Below, one piece after another: positions 1-12,585 of a stretch of DNA of 64,000 bases; position 1 is the stretch's first letter, and every line of letters starts with the position of its first letter. The DNA lies in assembly GCA_002269645.1 (NCBI GenBank), contig NIVC01000868.1:1-64000 (forward strand), given 5' to 3'. The position numbers and the translations under genes were made by a program. The notes beneath the pieces are model-generated. The model made no database searches and was not told the DNA's origin. It saw nothing but the letters and a program-made list of their open reading frames with translations. This stretch comes from Macrostomum lignano (lineage: Eukaryota).

Positions 1-894
1 TGAGCGTAATCGTAACTTTAGTCTATGGCCAACTGGCTCGTTCTAGAGATTCAATAAGGGGCAGCTTGGCCATAGACAGCAGTAAAAACTCACTTCCATG
101 CTTCCCCAGTGCTACACTCATTTCAGTATTTTTCATCATTTGTGCATTCCTTCCTCCCTGGCTCGAGACTGGAGCTGGCCGAGCCTATGTGGCTTATTGC
201 AGCTTGTATTTAACCTCAACAGTCAGTGCGTTCAGTGGCCCGCAGTGCATCCTGCTCTTTCGAACAGCAAATCGCATAGAACTTGCTTGCCAGTATGCGC
301 AGCGAACTGACTAGCAAAGTACTGCACGACCGTCGTTCCGCAAGCCAGAGGCCAGCGTTCTCTTTAAGTTAATTGGGTGATGGCTGAGGAACTGGTGTGG
401 GGCCTGCGTTCCGTCCCTGGTGTGCGCCTCACCCCCCCCCCCCAGCTGTCGTCCAAAGCGCTGCCTATCCCTTTGTAGCCGGGAATTTCTGGAAAAAGAA
501 CCCGAACACCCTCCGCTAAAAGTGGGGAACGCAGGGTGAATAAGGTGAAGGATGGAGCTTCCAGCTGCCCTTTCGCCAGTCAATGCAGATTTCGACCTAG
601 GCTGGGGAACATCAGCTGGGCGACGTGATGCAAAGTTCTTCGCGCGTCCATCCCCAGCCTCCCCTTCCTACATCATCGATCCGCTTTCCAAATTTCCGTT
701 GCCTTCCGGTCCCGCACCCTCAAAGCGGCTGAACCCAGCCAGGGCTCGAGTCCCAACCAGAATCGGCAAGCTTCTGCGGAGTTCTCTCCTTTACCTGTTG
801 AACGCAGGGTTCAGCGTTTCGTACAAGACGCTTGATCAGCGGTTACTCAGCTTGCTTTGTCAGCGAGCCTCGGGCAGCTGCAGAATCTGCAACA

Positions 895-3800
895 ATGAGG
901 CATCAACTGCGCAGAATCCTGATAATTCTCATGATGCTGCTACCCACAGCTGTTCTTTCAGTTGGTGAGGCCGCTGAAACCCAGTTGTCTTCCTTAGAAG
1001 TCTCTCCTGCTGCTGTGACTTCTCCTCAGCTCCCTTACCCACCAGCTCTCCTCTCCTGTTCCCCTCTGCTGATCTCAGATTTCCGCCATTTGATCTTGTC
1101 ATTAAAGCCAAATCTAATTCCTGAGTTTTGCCGCATGTAGCTCGAAGATAATCGATAGCAACATCAAGCACCGTTTAAATGCAGCCACCTCCATCTCATC
1201 GCAGCCGTGGAGCCGTCGAACCAAACCCGCGTCCGCCGCCAGGCCGGTTCCGTAGTGGCCGGTCCAGCCGGCCCGCCAGGACCTCGAGGTGACCCCGGGC
1301 CGCCCAGGCCAGCCGGACCTGCCGGACGGCCTGGTCAGCCGGGCAGCCCCGGCCGCACGGGCTGCCGGCGACAAGGGCGACACCGGACCGTCGGGGGAGA
1401 AGGGCGACGTGGGGCCTCAGGGCGACGCCGGCCGCGCGTCCAAAAGGCGACAGGGGCCGCGACGGCGACAAAGGATTCAGCGGCTCGCCGGGATCGCGGG
1501 TCCAGAGGGGCCAGCGGAGAGAAGGGCGAGAAGGGATTCAAGTAAGTCGCCCAATACTTCTACTGTCTTGAAGGGTTTTGGCGAGATAATCGGGGCCAGA
1601 AGTCTCTACTTCCATTTATGAGTCAGTAGCGAAACTTCGATGGTTCCAATTAAAACACATGCTGATGCGAATTCTTAATCCTATGCTGAGCCTTGGGTGA
1701 CACAAAAGTGTCAAGCAGTTTTGCCTGCATGGGCTCAATTGAATCTCTCGTTCGATCGGTCTTTTCGGCGCTAATTCCGATGTATTCCACTACTCTACAC
1801 TATTACTTCACTAATAGCTATATAACCCCTAACCTTCCCCAAAACCTTCCCTTTACCCACAGAGGTGAAATCGGAAATCCGGGTTCAGGCGGCCCCGACG
1901 GCGCTCCGGGCGAGCGCGGTTTGCGCGGCGCCCCGGGTGATCCTGGCGCCAAGGGTCAGTTGGGCGAGCCGGGAGACGCAGGCCGGTCGGGCGACCGCGG
2001 CGCCGAGGGCCCAACAGGCCCGCCGGGCCCGCGTGGATTTGACGGCTCACCCGGATTCCCGGGCCTGCACGGACACAAAGGCGAACCGGGTGAGACCGGC
2101 TTTCCCGACGAGATGGACCAGCGGTGCACCCGGACTGCCCGGACAGCCCGGCGAGCGCGGCGTAGCGGGACAGGCCGGTGCGCGGGCGCGGCTGGTCAAA
2201 GGGGTGACAAAGGCAGCAAAGGCAAGGTGGGGCCCGCGGGCCGACCGGACTTGTCGGCCCGGTGGGCAGCCCGGGCGGCCCGGGCGGCCCCGGACCGCGC
2301 GGCTACCCGGGCGTGCCGGTCCAACCGGAGGCGCGGGGCGCCAGGCCAGCCGGAACTCCCGGAGCCGCCGCGCTAAAGGCGAGCGAGGAGACAAAGGCGA
2401 CAAGGGCTCTAAGGTTCGAAAATGCTTTTCAGTGTCGATGATTTACAATAGCCCCGGGGGTTCCTGAAATTCAACTTTGCAGACAACCTACGTCACAGCA
2501 TTCTCAGACCATCCACAGTCACAGAACTTACTGGTAAAACATGGCTATCCAGCATCTCCGACCGCATTATTCCGCCCAGGGTCGGGACGTTCGTCGGGCG
2601 CGCGTGGTCCCGCGGCGATGACGGCCCGCCAGGCATTTCCGGCCAGCCCGGCCTTCGAGGTCCCGACGGCTCCGCCGGCATCCGCGGTGCACCCGGGGCA
2701 ACTGGACCGAAGGCGAGCGTGGCTCCCGGCCGTTTCGGCAAGCCGGGCTCTGAGGGTCTCCCTGGCTCCATGGGCCACCGGGACTGGCCGGTGAGCCGGG
2801 ACGGACGGCGCTCCCGGGCCACAGGGCGAGCGCGGCGAGCAGGGCGTCGAAGGCAAGCCAGGCGAGCGTGGCAGTCCCGGCCTGCAGGGCCGCAGGGTCC
2901 GCAAGGTCAGACCGGACCGGAAGGCGTATCGGGCGAGACCGGAGCTGTGGGCAGGCCAGGCGAGCCGGGAAAGCAGGGAGCTGCGGGCTCCCCCGGCGAG
3001 TCCGGACCACCCGGACCTCACGGGCCGAACGGGCCGCCTGGGCCCGCAGCAAGCGCGGCGATCCGGGCCCACCAGGTCCGGAGGGCCGGCCCGGCCTGAC
3101 GGGGCCCGCTGGACCGATGGGCGGCCGCGGAGTGGCGGGTCCGGCGGGATCGCAGGGGCCGCAGGGACTGGCTGGCGACCCCGGGCCGAAGGGCGAGCAA
3201 GGAATCGCAGGTGGCCTCGGACCGAAGGGCGAGCAGGGCGACAAAGGGCCTGCAGGAGCGACCGGACAGCAGGGCGACAAGGGAGACCAAGGACCGCCCG
3301 GAAGCACCGGGGCTGAGGGCAAGGAGGAGCGCCTGCAGAACGGTGCGTCGTCGCATGTCGTGGGCCTCTTGATTTGAAATGGAGATGTGCGCTCTGCTAA
3401 AGAATGTGTTTGAAAGTGGCAAGGAAAACCGGGAAAAATAGAAATAGGGACTGTTGAGTCAGATAAGACAGATACGACTGACGTGCCGGGCTGAGAAAGT
3501 GACCAGGCCCGATTCCGGTTGCAGGGGCCTACCGGACCTGTCGGACTTCCCGGAGCCAAGGGCTCTCCTGGCGCTGCAGGTGAACGAGGCGACAAGGGCA
3601 TCAAAGGAGCGCAAGGCGAAGACGGCGAGAAGGCGAGTGCTAATTTTTTGTTAATCTGGTTAAAACAACTTCTTGCATTAAAGTGCAAATTTTCGCAATG
3701 AATATCGCACGAATAGAGCAAATAACCGCAACTCTAGTAGACTACTAAATAACCACCAACAAAACAGGGAGATCGCGGCACTCCAGGCCAGGACTTCCGG

Positions 3801-6800
3801 GTACCCTCGACCACGCGGTTCCGCCGTCAGGCCACAGGGCAGGCCCTCCACCTCGTGGGCCACCAGGCGACCCGGGACCCGAGGACCACCAGGCCGCGAC
3901 GGCAAAGATGGAGCCCGTGGCAAGGACGGCGAGCCGGGACCACCAGGTCAGCCGGGGCCGCAGGGCCCGGACGGCTCTCAGGGCCCGATGGGCCTCAAGG
4001 GCGAGCCGGGAGACCCCGGCACCGGAGGAGACGCGGGACCTGACGGAGCGACTGGCAGCCCCGGTAGCCCCGGAGCGCAAGGCGAACGTGGACCGCAAGG
4101 CGCCAAGGGAAAGCCCGGCAAAGACGGCGCCCCCGGTCTCGCTGGCGCGGCTGGTGAACGCGGCCCAGTTGGTGAGCGAGGCTTCCCCGGTGCGGCAGGC
4201 AGCCCCGGCTCGCCAGGCCGCCAAGGGCCACCGGGCAAGCAGGGCGCCGTGGGCGAGCCCGGATCGAAAGGCCGCGATGGAGCCACGGGCCGCGGGGTGA
4301 CCAGGCGAGCGCGGCACGCCGGGACCAAAAGGCGATCCGGGCAAGGCGGGCGACACCGGCGCCCCCGGACCGGTCGGTCTCATGGGCCGCCGAGGCACCA
4401 CTGGCAGCCCTGGCGAGCCCGGGCCGCAGGGCACAAGGGCGAGGCGGGTCCCGTGGGCGAACGCGGCCAACCCGGCGGAAACGGCGACAGTGGTGCAAAG
4501 GGCGAGAAGGGCGAGCCGGTGAGGCGATAGAAACGTTTTACTCTCCCAGCACCAGACAGACTCAGCAAACCGAACTGCAATCCAATTGCAGGGTCCACAA
4601 GGCCAAGCTGGACTGCGGGGCTACCAGGGCCTGACCGGCGATCGTGGCCTCCAAGGAGTTTCGGGCGACAAGGGCGACAAGGGACCCGAGGGTCCTGATG
4701 GTCCTCCAGGCAGCCAGGGTCCGACAGGACAGCTGGGATCGCCCGGGCCTGCGGCGCGCCGGGAGAGAAAGGCCAGGCGGGACACGAGGGCCTGCCGGGC
4801 CAGCTGGGCGACAAGGGGCCGGACGGGCCGAAGGGAGAAAAGGGCGACCAGGGTGCCATAGGCCAGCAGGGACGAAGGGCAGCGCCGGCGACAAGGGCGA
4901 CCCGGGAGCGACGGGGTTCCCCGGCCCGGCGGGAGTGGCCGGCATCAAGGGCCACAAGGGAGCAGGGACCTCGTGGAAAACGCGGCGACCCCGGCGCCAC
5001 GGGGCCGGCTGCAATGCGGGACCGACGGGTCCTGTGGGCCGCCGGTCCGCCAGGGTACCCAGGCAGCCCAGGACCGGCCGGAGAGCGTGGCGAGACTGGC
5101 TTTCTGGGCGCGGCTGGTGAAGTGGGACCGCCTGGGCCGCCAGGACCCATCCGGGTGGTCCAGGTGGGCGGTGGAGGCCAGATGGCAGCGGACCAGGCAC
5201 CCGACGCGCGATTCGGAAGCGAGGTGAGTTTGGAGGCCTTGGCCCTGCGCGGGTTACTGAAGCCATCCCGATGAGGTGTCGCCAGTTTGGCATGCCACTC
5301 TACGCGGGCTTTACGGTGCGGTGCGTCCATCCAGCTTCCGACCACATCCACCCCTGACCCCATCCACCCCTTGATCCACCCCTGATATCATCAGCCCCTG
5401 ACGCCATTCACCCCTGACCCCATCCACCCCTGACCCCATCCACCCCTGACATTATCAGCCACTGACCCCATCAATCCCTAGCCCCACCCACCGCTGACCA
5501 CATCCACCCCTGACCCCATCCACCCCTGACCCCATCAGCCCCTGATCCCCATCAGCCGCTGACCCCATCAGCCGTTGACTCCATCAGCCGCTGACCCCAT
5601 CAGCCGCTGACCCCATCAGCCGCTGACCCCATCAGCCGTTGACCCCATCAGCCGCTGACCCCATGCATTTGGCCGATCAGCAGATGCATTCGGCCCTCAT
5701 CTGTCCATCCATCCGGCCTATCCACTCGCCTGGCCCTTAATCTCTACCACCCATCCTCCCGCCTCTCACCCATCCTCCAATCCACTCGTTCAACCCCGCA
5801 GGCAATCGGGGAACCGGATGGAAGCCGAGGGAAGCCCGCACTCACCTGCCGGCACCTGTTCGAGAGCCAGCCCAGCCTTCCAGACGGTGAGCCGGTGCCA
5901 AAAACATTTGATGACTATCCAATATCTACTAGAAAGTAAGTCAGACCAGCTAGATAGTCAGGTCAGAACAGCTAGATAGTCAGGTCAGACCAGCTAGATA
6001 TTCAGGTCAGACCAGCTAGATAGTCAGGTCAGACCAGCTAGATAGTCAGGTCAGACCAGCTAGATATTCAGGTCAGACCAGCTAGATATTCAGGCCAGAC
6101 CAGCTAGATAGTCAGGTCAGACCAGCTAGATAGTTAGGTTGAAGAGTTTAAGAGTGGTGATCAGTCACTCAAAAACTCCCACTTCTAGACACTGGGGAAC
6201 AAGTGCCTAGGTATTTACCAGTTCAAATAACTTACTGCGGCGGATCCTCTTGTGGTTGGTAGACTTCTGGTTCTTGTGGTGTGTGTGACTCTAACTTGGC
6301 TGAGCAGTAGTGACGGCCGATTTGGAGTAGTCTTCTTGAGTCCTTGACTTTTATCTGTGGGTCGACCAAACGAGAGCGAATCAGAACTTCTTAACGGTCC
6401 TCGAGCTCGGAATTCACAATAGAACGTGCACGTGCGCCCTTATGAACAATTTAATTCTCTAACTGTCTGTGATAGGTCCTCCTGAAGGGCGTCTTCTTCG
6501 TTACGTCCGAAACGTAACGGATAACTCAATTAACTCAATAAATAAATCTTCTAGGAATATCCTAGGAAACAAGGAGGCCTTTCTCAAATGTATCGACAAT
6601 GAACTGCTCTCGTATAACTCAATTATCCAACTTATTAGCGCTAGTAACAAATAACTAAATCGGGTAAACGCTTACCAATTGGACAGGTGTGGTCCCTCAG
6701 AGATTGGTCTTCTTGTTTCTTCAGAGTCTTCTTAGAGACCGCTCTGAGTCTGAATTTTTACTCAAATTTTCACTTATATTTATAGCAAAATTTTGGAGAA

Positions 6801-8388
6801 AAACCGGTTTGGGATTGGGTATTTACTTAGGTCAAAAATGTTTGATTAAGCTGTCATGCATGTTTGAGCATTACCATATATGGGGTTAAGCAAATACAGC
6901 TGTTGGAACCCGGTTCCTTGATCAAACAATGTAGGGTTCTAAATCATTCTGTTTGCGCGTGATTCCTAAAAATAGATATGACTCATTCTAGAATAAATTG
7001 ACTTTGCTAGAATATTACTTTAAGTAGAGCATTACGGTATGGTTTAATAACTCTCTACAAGGTCAGACCAGCTAGATAGTCAGGTCAGACCAGCTAGATA
7101 GTCAGGTCAGACCAGCTAGATATTCAGGTCAGACCAGCTAGATAGTCAGGTCAGACCAGCTAGATAGTCAGGTCAGACCAGCTAGATAGTCAGGTCAGGC
7201 CTCCAAACGCTCCGCAGGCACCTACTGGATCGACCCTAACGGAGGTCGAGTATCGGATGCTGTCCGGGCGCGCTGCGTGCGCTCTCGCAAGCAGACTTGC
7301 GTTTCGGCCAGGCCGGTGTCCGGGCGGCGGCAGTGGCTGGCCAGGCGCACCGATCGGCACAGCTGGTTCTCCGATACCAACAAAGAGGTGGGTGTCGGGC
7401 TCGACTTTTATTTTAAACTGTGCTTTCGAGATTATGAGATTTGTAGAATGAGCAATGAGTTATTTATTGTCTAAAAATCCTTATTTTTGCATACCTATTT
7501 CTATCCAACATTTAAGCCCAAATATATAATTACTCGTATATAACTAACGTTTTTAGTTGGGCTATAAGTCGAGTTGGCTAAGCATATACCGGATACCCCC
7601 ACGCTAAGAGCCCCGGCCCCACACTGCTCACAATCGAGAGCCTCTGCCCCACACTGCTCACAACGAGAGCCTCTGCCCCACACTGATCACAATCGAGAGC
7701 CTCTGCCCCACACGGCTCACAATCGAGAGCCTCTGCCCCACACTGATCACAATCGAGAGCTCGGGCCCCACACTGATCACAATCGAGAGCTCGGGCCCCA
7801 CACTGCTCACAATCGAGAGCCCCGGCCCCACACTGCTCACAATCGAGAGCCTCTGCACCACACTGCTCACAATCGAGAGCCTCTGCCCCACACTGATCAC
7901 AATCGAGAACTCGGGCCCCACACTGATCACAATCGAGAACTCGGGCCCCACACTGATCACAATCGAGAGCTCGGGCCCCACACTGATCACAATCGAGAGC
8001 TCGGGCCCCACACTGCTCACAATCGAGAGCTCCCGGCCCCGCCGCTCCGCAGTTCGGCTACTCGGTGGAGGGCAGCCAGTTGCAGGCGCTGCAGCTGTGG
8101 TCGGTGCGCGCCAGTCAGCAGCTGACGATCACCTGCAGCGGAATGCCGGTGGTTTCAGGCGTGGCCAACCCCGTCCGCTTCTTCACGGACTCGGGGCGGG
8201 TGCTGAGCCGCTTTAACAGAAAGCTGGGCTACTCGGTGGTGCAGGACGACTGCCGCTACGGCAAGAGCAGCTGGGCGGAGACCACCGTGGCCTTCAACAC
8301 GCGACCGGCGCGACTGCCCATCCGCGACCTCGGCCTTGTCAGCGCCTCCGAATTCGGCATCGAGCTGGGCGACGCCTGCTTTTACTAA
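895..8388 (+). CDS. Fibrillar collagen alpha chain (10 exons; Gly-X-Y exons frameshifted in this sequence)
   Basis: Signal peptide [23 protein letters not shown] (exon 895-964), RVRR site, then Gly-X-Y exons about 1141-1541, 1863-2413, 2580-3342, 3525-3632 (108 bp = 2x54), 3768-4518, 4592-5223 with splice sites. C-propeptide exons follow at 5802-5886, 7218-7387, 8053-8388. About 3.2 kb of Gly-X-Y, close to a fibrillar major helix. Confidence 0.93.
5340..5665. repeat. 16-bp minisatellite (CTGACCCCATCAGCCG / CTGACCCCATCCACCC), collagen intron
   Basis: About 20 degenerate tandem units, C-rich on + strand. Confidence 0.9.
5802..8388 (+). CDS. COLFI C-propeptide exons of the collagen (intact frame)
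   Basis: Exons splice in phase to ...[18 protein letters not shown]|[19 protein letters not shown]...QTCVS...|[28 protein letters not shown]...DDCRYG...RLPIRDLG...[21 protein letters not shown] and FGIELGxxCF are hallmark COLFI motifs. Confidence 0.95.
5938..7198. repeat. 22-bp minisatellite GTCAGGTCAGACCAGCTAGATA, split by a solo LTR
   Basis: About 9 units at 5938-6139 and about 6 units at 7060-7198. Confidence 0.92.
6140..7059. mobile_element. Solo LTR, 920 bp
   Basis: TG...CA termini, 4-bp TSD AGGT (6136-6139 / 7060-7063), no ORF, homologous to 13387-14227. Confidence 0.8.
7612..8040. repeat. 30-bp minisatellite CCCCACACTGATCACAATCGAGAGCTCGGG, last collagen intron
   Basis: About 14 units, ending about 12 nt before the acceptor at 8052. 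Confidence 0.92.
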
Positions 8389-8638
8389 GGGGCGCCAGAC
8401 CCGCACAGACTTCTTATGAGCATGTGTTGCGACTAGTAATCAAATAGAATTTATCATGACTCCAAGTTTTTTCACTGTTTATTGTAGCAGTTTTAATCAC
8501 AAGGCATTGGTCTACATAACAAAGTATATATACGATTAAATCTAGGTCTTATCAATTATTAAACTACCATCTGCCATAGTTGTCAAAACTACCTGTTTTC
8601 CTGGATTGATTCTAGTGGGACAAGCAAAACTTATTGGT

Positions 8639-9814
8639 TGCTCCTCGCTGCACTAATGACGGGTGCTCCTCGCTGCACTAATGACGGGTGCTCCTCGCTG
8701 CACTAATGACGGGTGCTCCTCGCTGCACTAATTATGACGGGTGCTCCTCGCTGCACTATTGACGGGTGCTCCTCGCTGCACTAATTATGACGGGTGCTCC
8801 TCGCTGCACTAATTATGACGGGTGCTCCTCGCTGCACTAATGACGGGTGCTCCTCGCTGCACTAATGACGGGTGCTCCTCGCTGCACTAATGACGGGTGC
8901 TCCTCGCTGCACTAATTATGACGGGTGCTCCTCGCTGCACTAATTATGACGGGTGCTCCTCGCTGCACTAATGACGGGTGCTCCTCGCTGCACTAATGAC
9001 GGGTGCTCCTCGCTGCACTAATGACGGGTGCTCCTCGCTGCACTAATGACGGGTGCTCCTCACTGCACTAATGACGGGTGCTCCTCGCTGCACTAATTAT
9101 GACGGGTGCTCCTCGCTGCACTAATGACGGGTGCTCCTCGCTGCACTAATGACGGGTGCTCCTCGCTGCACTAATGACGGGTGCTCCTCGCTGCACTAAT
9201 GACGGGTGCTCCTCGCTGCACTAATGACGGGTGCTCCTCGCTGCACTAATTATGACGGGTGCTCCTCGCTGCACTAATGACGGGTGCTCCTCGCTGCACT
9301 AATGACGGGTGCTCCTCGCTGCACTAATGACGGGTGCTCCTCGCTGCACTAATGACGGGTGCTCCTCGCTGCACTAATGACGGGTGCTCCTCGCTGCACT
9401 AATGACGGGTGCTCCTCGCTGCACTAATGACGGGTGCTCCTCGCTGCACTAATGACGGGTGCTCCTCGCTGCACTAATGACGGGTGCTCCTCGCTGCACT
9501 AATGACGGGTGCTCCTCGCTGCACTAATTATGACGGGTGATCCTCGCTGCACTAATGACGGGTGCTCCTCGCTGCACTAATTATGACGGGTGATCCTCGC
9601 TGCACTAATGACGGGTGCTCCTCGCTGCACTAATTATGACGGGTGATCCTCGCTGCACTAATGACGGGTGCTCCTCGCTGCACTAATTATGACGGGTGAT
9701 CCTCGCTGCACTAATGACGGGTGCTCCTCGCTGCACTAATTATGACGGGTGCTCCTCGCTGCACTAATGACGGGTGCTCCTCGCTGCACTAATGACGGGT
9801 GCTCCTCACTGCAC
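8639..9814. repeat. 25/28-bp minisatellite TGCTCCTCGCTGCACTAAT(TAT)GACGGG downstream of collagen
   Basis: About 45 near-identical units with a +3 nt variant. Confidence 0.95.
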
Positions 9815-10657
9815 AGGCAGAAGCAGCTTTATTAAAATTTGAGAATTCCGCAAAGCTTTACGCTCGTAATGGCAGAAAACCATTTTCAGTTTGAGTTGGA
9901 TTTACGTAAAACAGCGCATCGATGGATCACTACTGGATTGATGAAATATTGCTTAAGCATAACTTTGTCTTTGCTTGAAAATCAATGGAGCCTTAATTTG
10001 TTGTTCTGAACAAAATCAGACATGCCTGAACAAAGCTGCTTGCAAGGTCCGGCTTTTATTTTCGCAGCTCGCTACAGCCGTTACGTGCCGGATTGGCATA
10101 CTGTAGGAGCTGGGACCGAGCACTTTTCGCTAGGAGCGAAATACTCAACCCAGAAGATGTTGGCTTCAGGGCGCAGCAAGGACAGGGGCTTTAATCAGAA
10201 CTGAGATTCTACTCTGACGTGATAATAAGGCGGGTTGACGTTTTCTCAGCTCTCAGATTATAATCATCTGTGTATAGGTTGCTAATAGTCCACGGTCTTA
10301 AATTCCAGGGTTTCAAATGCATATACATGTACCGATTTATATTATAGATCTGGCTGTGGTTGGATGCGGTATTCAAACACTGGTTTTGGCGCTAAAGACT
10401 CACTCACATCGAAATCAGAGATCTGATCCTAATATAGCTCGTATACTTTCCGTCTATCAAAACTCTATAGTACCATCCTGTAGGCCCTACGCTACGCTCT
10501 CTGCCCACATTATTCATGACTCTCTCGCCTGAACTTGTTTACCAATTCTCGACCAATCACCGCCACCCCAATATTGACTAATAAATATATTGAGCAAACA
10601 AAGCCACACAAAGGCCACCTTTTCGGCACGCAAACATTGGCATCGCAAGCAGTCAGA

Positions 10658-11988
10658 ATGTCTGTGCTTCTGCAGCTACCCCGCCTGAGCAGTTTAATGA
10701 TCAAACAGAGCAACACAAGCTCTCAGCAAAGTGGGAGGAGTGGTCCGGCCGTTTCAAAATGTTTGTCACAGCCAGTGGCATCACAAGTGAGGACCAGCAG
10801 CACGAAATTCTTCTCTACGTAGATGGCAAGGAGCTGACAGACACATTCAAAGAGCTGAATCGACCTGGAAAGTCTCTTGACGATCTGATCGAGGCCATTC
10901 AGGACTCAATACAGCGACAGGCACAACCCTGTGTTTGTCAGGTACGAGTTCCGGCACTGCACGCAGCAAACTGGCGAGTCACTGAACGCCTGGACCCAGC
11001 GCCTCTACGCAGCAGCCGAGGGGTGCGAGTTCGGGTCGCAGCGCGACTTGCTCATCCGAGACCAAATAGTGGCCGGCTGCAGATCCGCCCAGCTCCGGCG
11101 GACACTCCTGCAAACTCGCAACATCAGCCTCGAGGACGCACTGCAGCAAGCAAGAGCCTTCGAGGCGGCGGAACTTCAGTCAGCAGCCATCGAAGCGCGG
11201 AACAACGAGACGATAAACTCGATCTAGCGAAAGCGCCACGGCCAGGAGCCTCAACGATAAACTCGATCCAGCGAAAGCGCCACGGCCAGGAGCCTCAACG
11301 ATAAACTCGATCCAGCGAAAACGCCACGGCCAGGAGCCTCAACGATAAAGTCGATCCAGCGAAAGCGCCACGGCCAGGAGCCTCAACGATAAAGTCGATC
11401 CAGCGAAAGCGCCACGGCCAGGAGCCTCAACGATAAACTCGATCCAGCGAAAACGCCACGGCCAGGAGCCTCAACGATAAAGTCGATCCAGCGAAAGCGC
11501 CACGGCCAGGAGCCTCAACGATAAACTCGATCCAGCGAAAGCGCCACGGCCAGGAGCCTCAACGATAAACTCGATCCAGCGAAAACGCCACGGCCAGGAG
11601 CCTCAACGATAAACTCGATCCAGCGAAAGCGCCACGGCCAGGAGCCTCAACGATAAACTCGATCCAGCGAAAACGCCACGGCCAGGAGCCTCAACGATAA
11701 ACTCGATCCAGCGAAAGCGCCACGGCCAGGAGCCTCAACGATAAACTCGATCCAGCGAAAGCGCCACGGCCAGGAGCCTCAACGATAAACTCGATCCAGC
11801 GAAAACGCCACGGCCAGGAGCCTCGATCGGAAGCCAAATGCATTCGGTGTGGAGAGCTGGGCCACCGCACGTGCGAACTGGCAAGAGGCAAAACCTGCCA
11901 CAAATGCAACAAAATCGGACACCTGGCGAAGGCTTGCTTGTCCAGCCCCGGCGGATTCGAGGAGAAAGTGCATGTGGTATCGGCCTAG
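10658..11988 (+). pseudogene. Gypsy gag (frameshifted, repeat-expanded) with double Zn knuckle
   Basis: KWEEWSGRFKMFVTASGI...LLY N-terminal motif, FVRYEFRHCTQQTGESLNAWTQRL...CEF...LIRDQIVAG segment, and CIRCGELGHRTC / CHKCNKIGHLAKAC knuckles at about 11840-11940. Confidence 0.85.
11210..11824. repeat. 44-bp minisatellite AACGATAAACTCGATCCAGCGAAAGCGCCACGGCCAGGAGCCTC inside gag
   Basis: About 14 units. One unit reads TINSIQRKRHGQEP in the gag frame. Confidence 0.93.
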
Positions 11989-12585
11989 GGGCGAGCCGAG
12001 CCAGAGGACCTGGAGAGCAGCTGCGAGGTTTTCTGTCTCGAATCCCGAAGGAATCGCCTGCCGCGCGTCAGGGCGACCATCAGGAGCCGCAAAGCCGACC
12101 TTCTGATCGACAGCGGCGCCGGCTGCAGCGTGATGAGCCTGAAGACCTTCTGGTCCATCGGAGGCAGGGCAGGGGATCTCCAGGCATGCAAGCACCGAGT
12201 GCACCCGTTCGACTCCAGGAAGCCGCTGGCCACGCTCGGGATGGCCAGGCTGCGGACCGCCGTTTACAACATCAGCGCCAGCATCAACTTCATCATTGTG
12301 AGGGAAGCGGCAACGACGATCATTGAAAGGGAGACGAGCGAAGAGCTGGGCATCCTGCGCATCGAGCCTCCGTCTGCACGCAGCGCGTGCTTGCAGAGAC
12401 ACCAACGGCGAGCGCCAAGCCCCATGAGCTCAAAGAGAGACCTACGAGTATCTGATGGTCGGACAACGCAGCAGTGGGACAGGCAGGACTGGAGCGGAGC
12501 ACGGGCGAATCGGGCTGGCAACTCTGGCCTCACAGGGGCGCGGTGGAGCAACATCAGACTGAGTGGCCAATTCAAATACAATTAA
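11989..12585 (+). pseudogene. Gypsy aspartic protease plus truncated pol tail
   Basis: LLIDSGAGCSVMS active-site motif in the same frame as the gag knuckles, ILGxxxxxxLGI-like IIERETSEELGIL segment. Confidence 0.8.

Noticed and set aside
66-870. Short ORFs upstream of collagen
   Set aside because: No recognisable motifs, splice structure or codon bias.
1114-5363. Numerous minus-strand and alternate-frame ORFs over the collagen
   Set aside because: Shadow ORFs of GC-rich Gly-X-Y coding sequence.
7574-8125. 183-aa [13 protein letters not shown]
   Set aside because: 30-bp intronic repeat inside the collagen gene.
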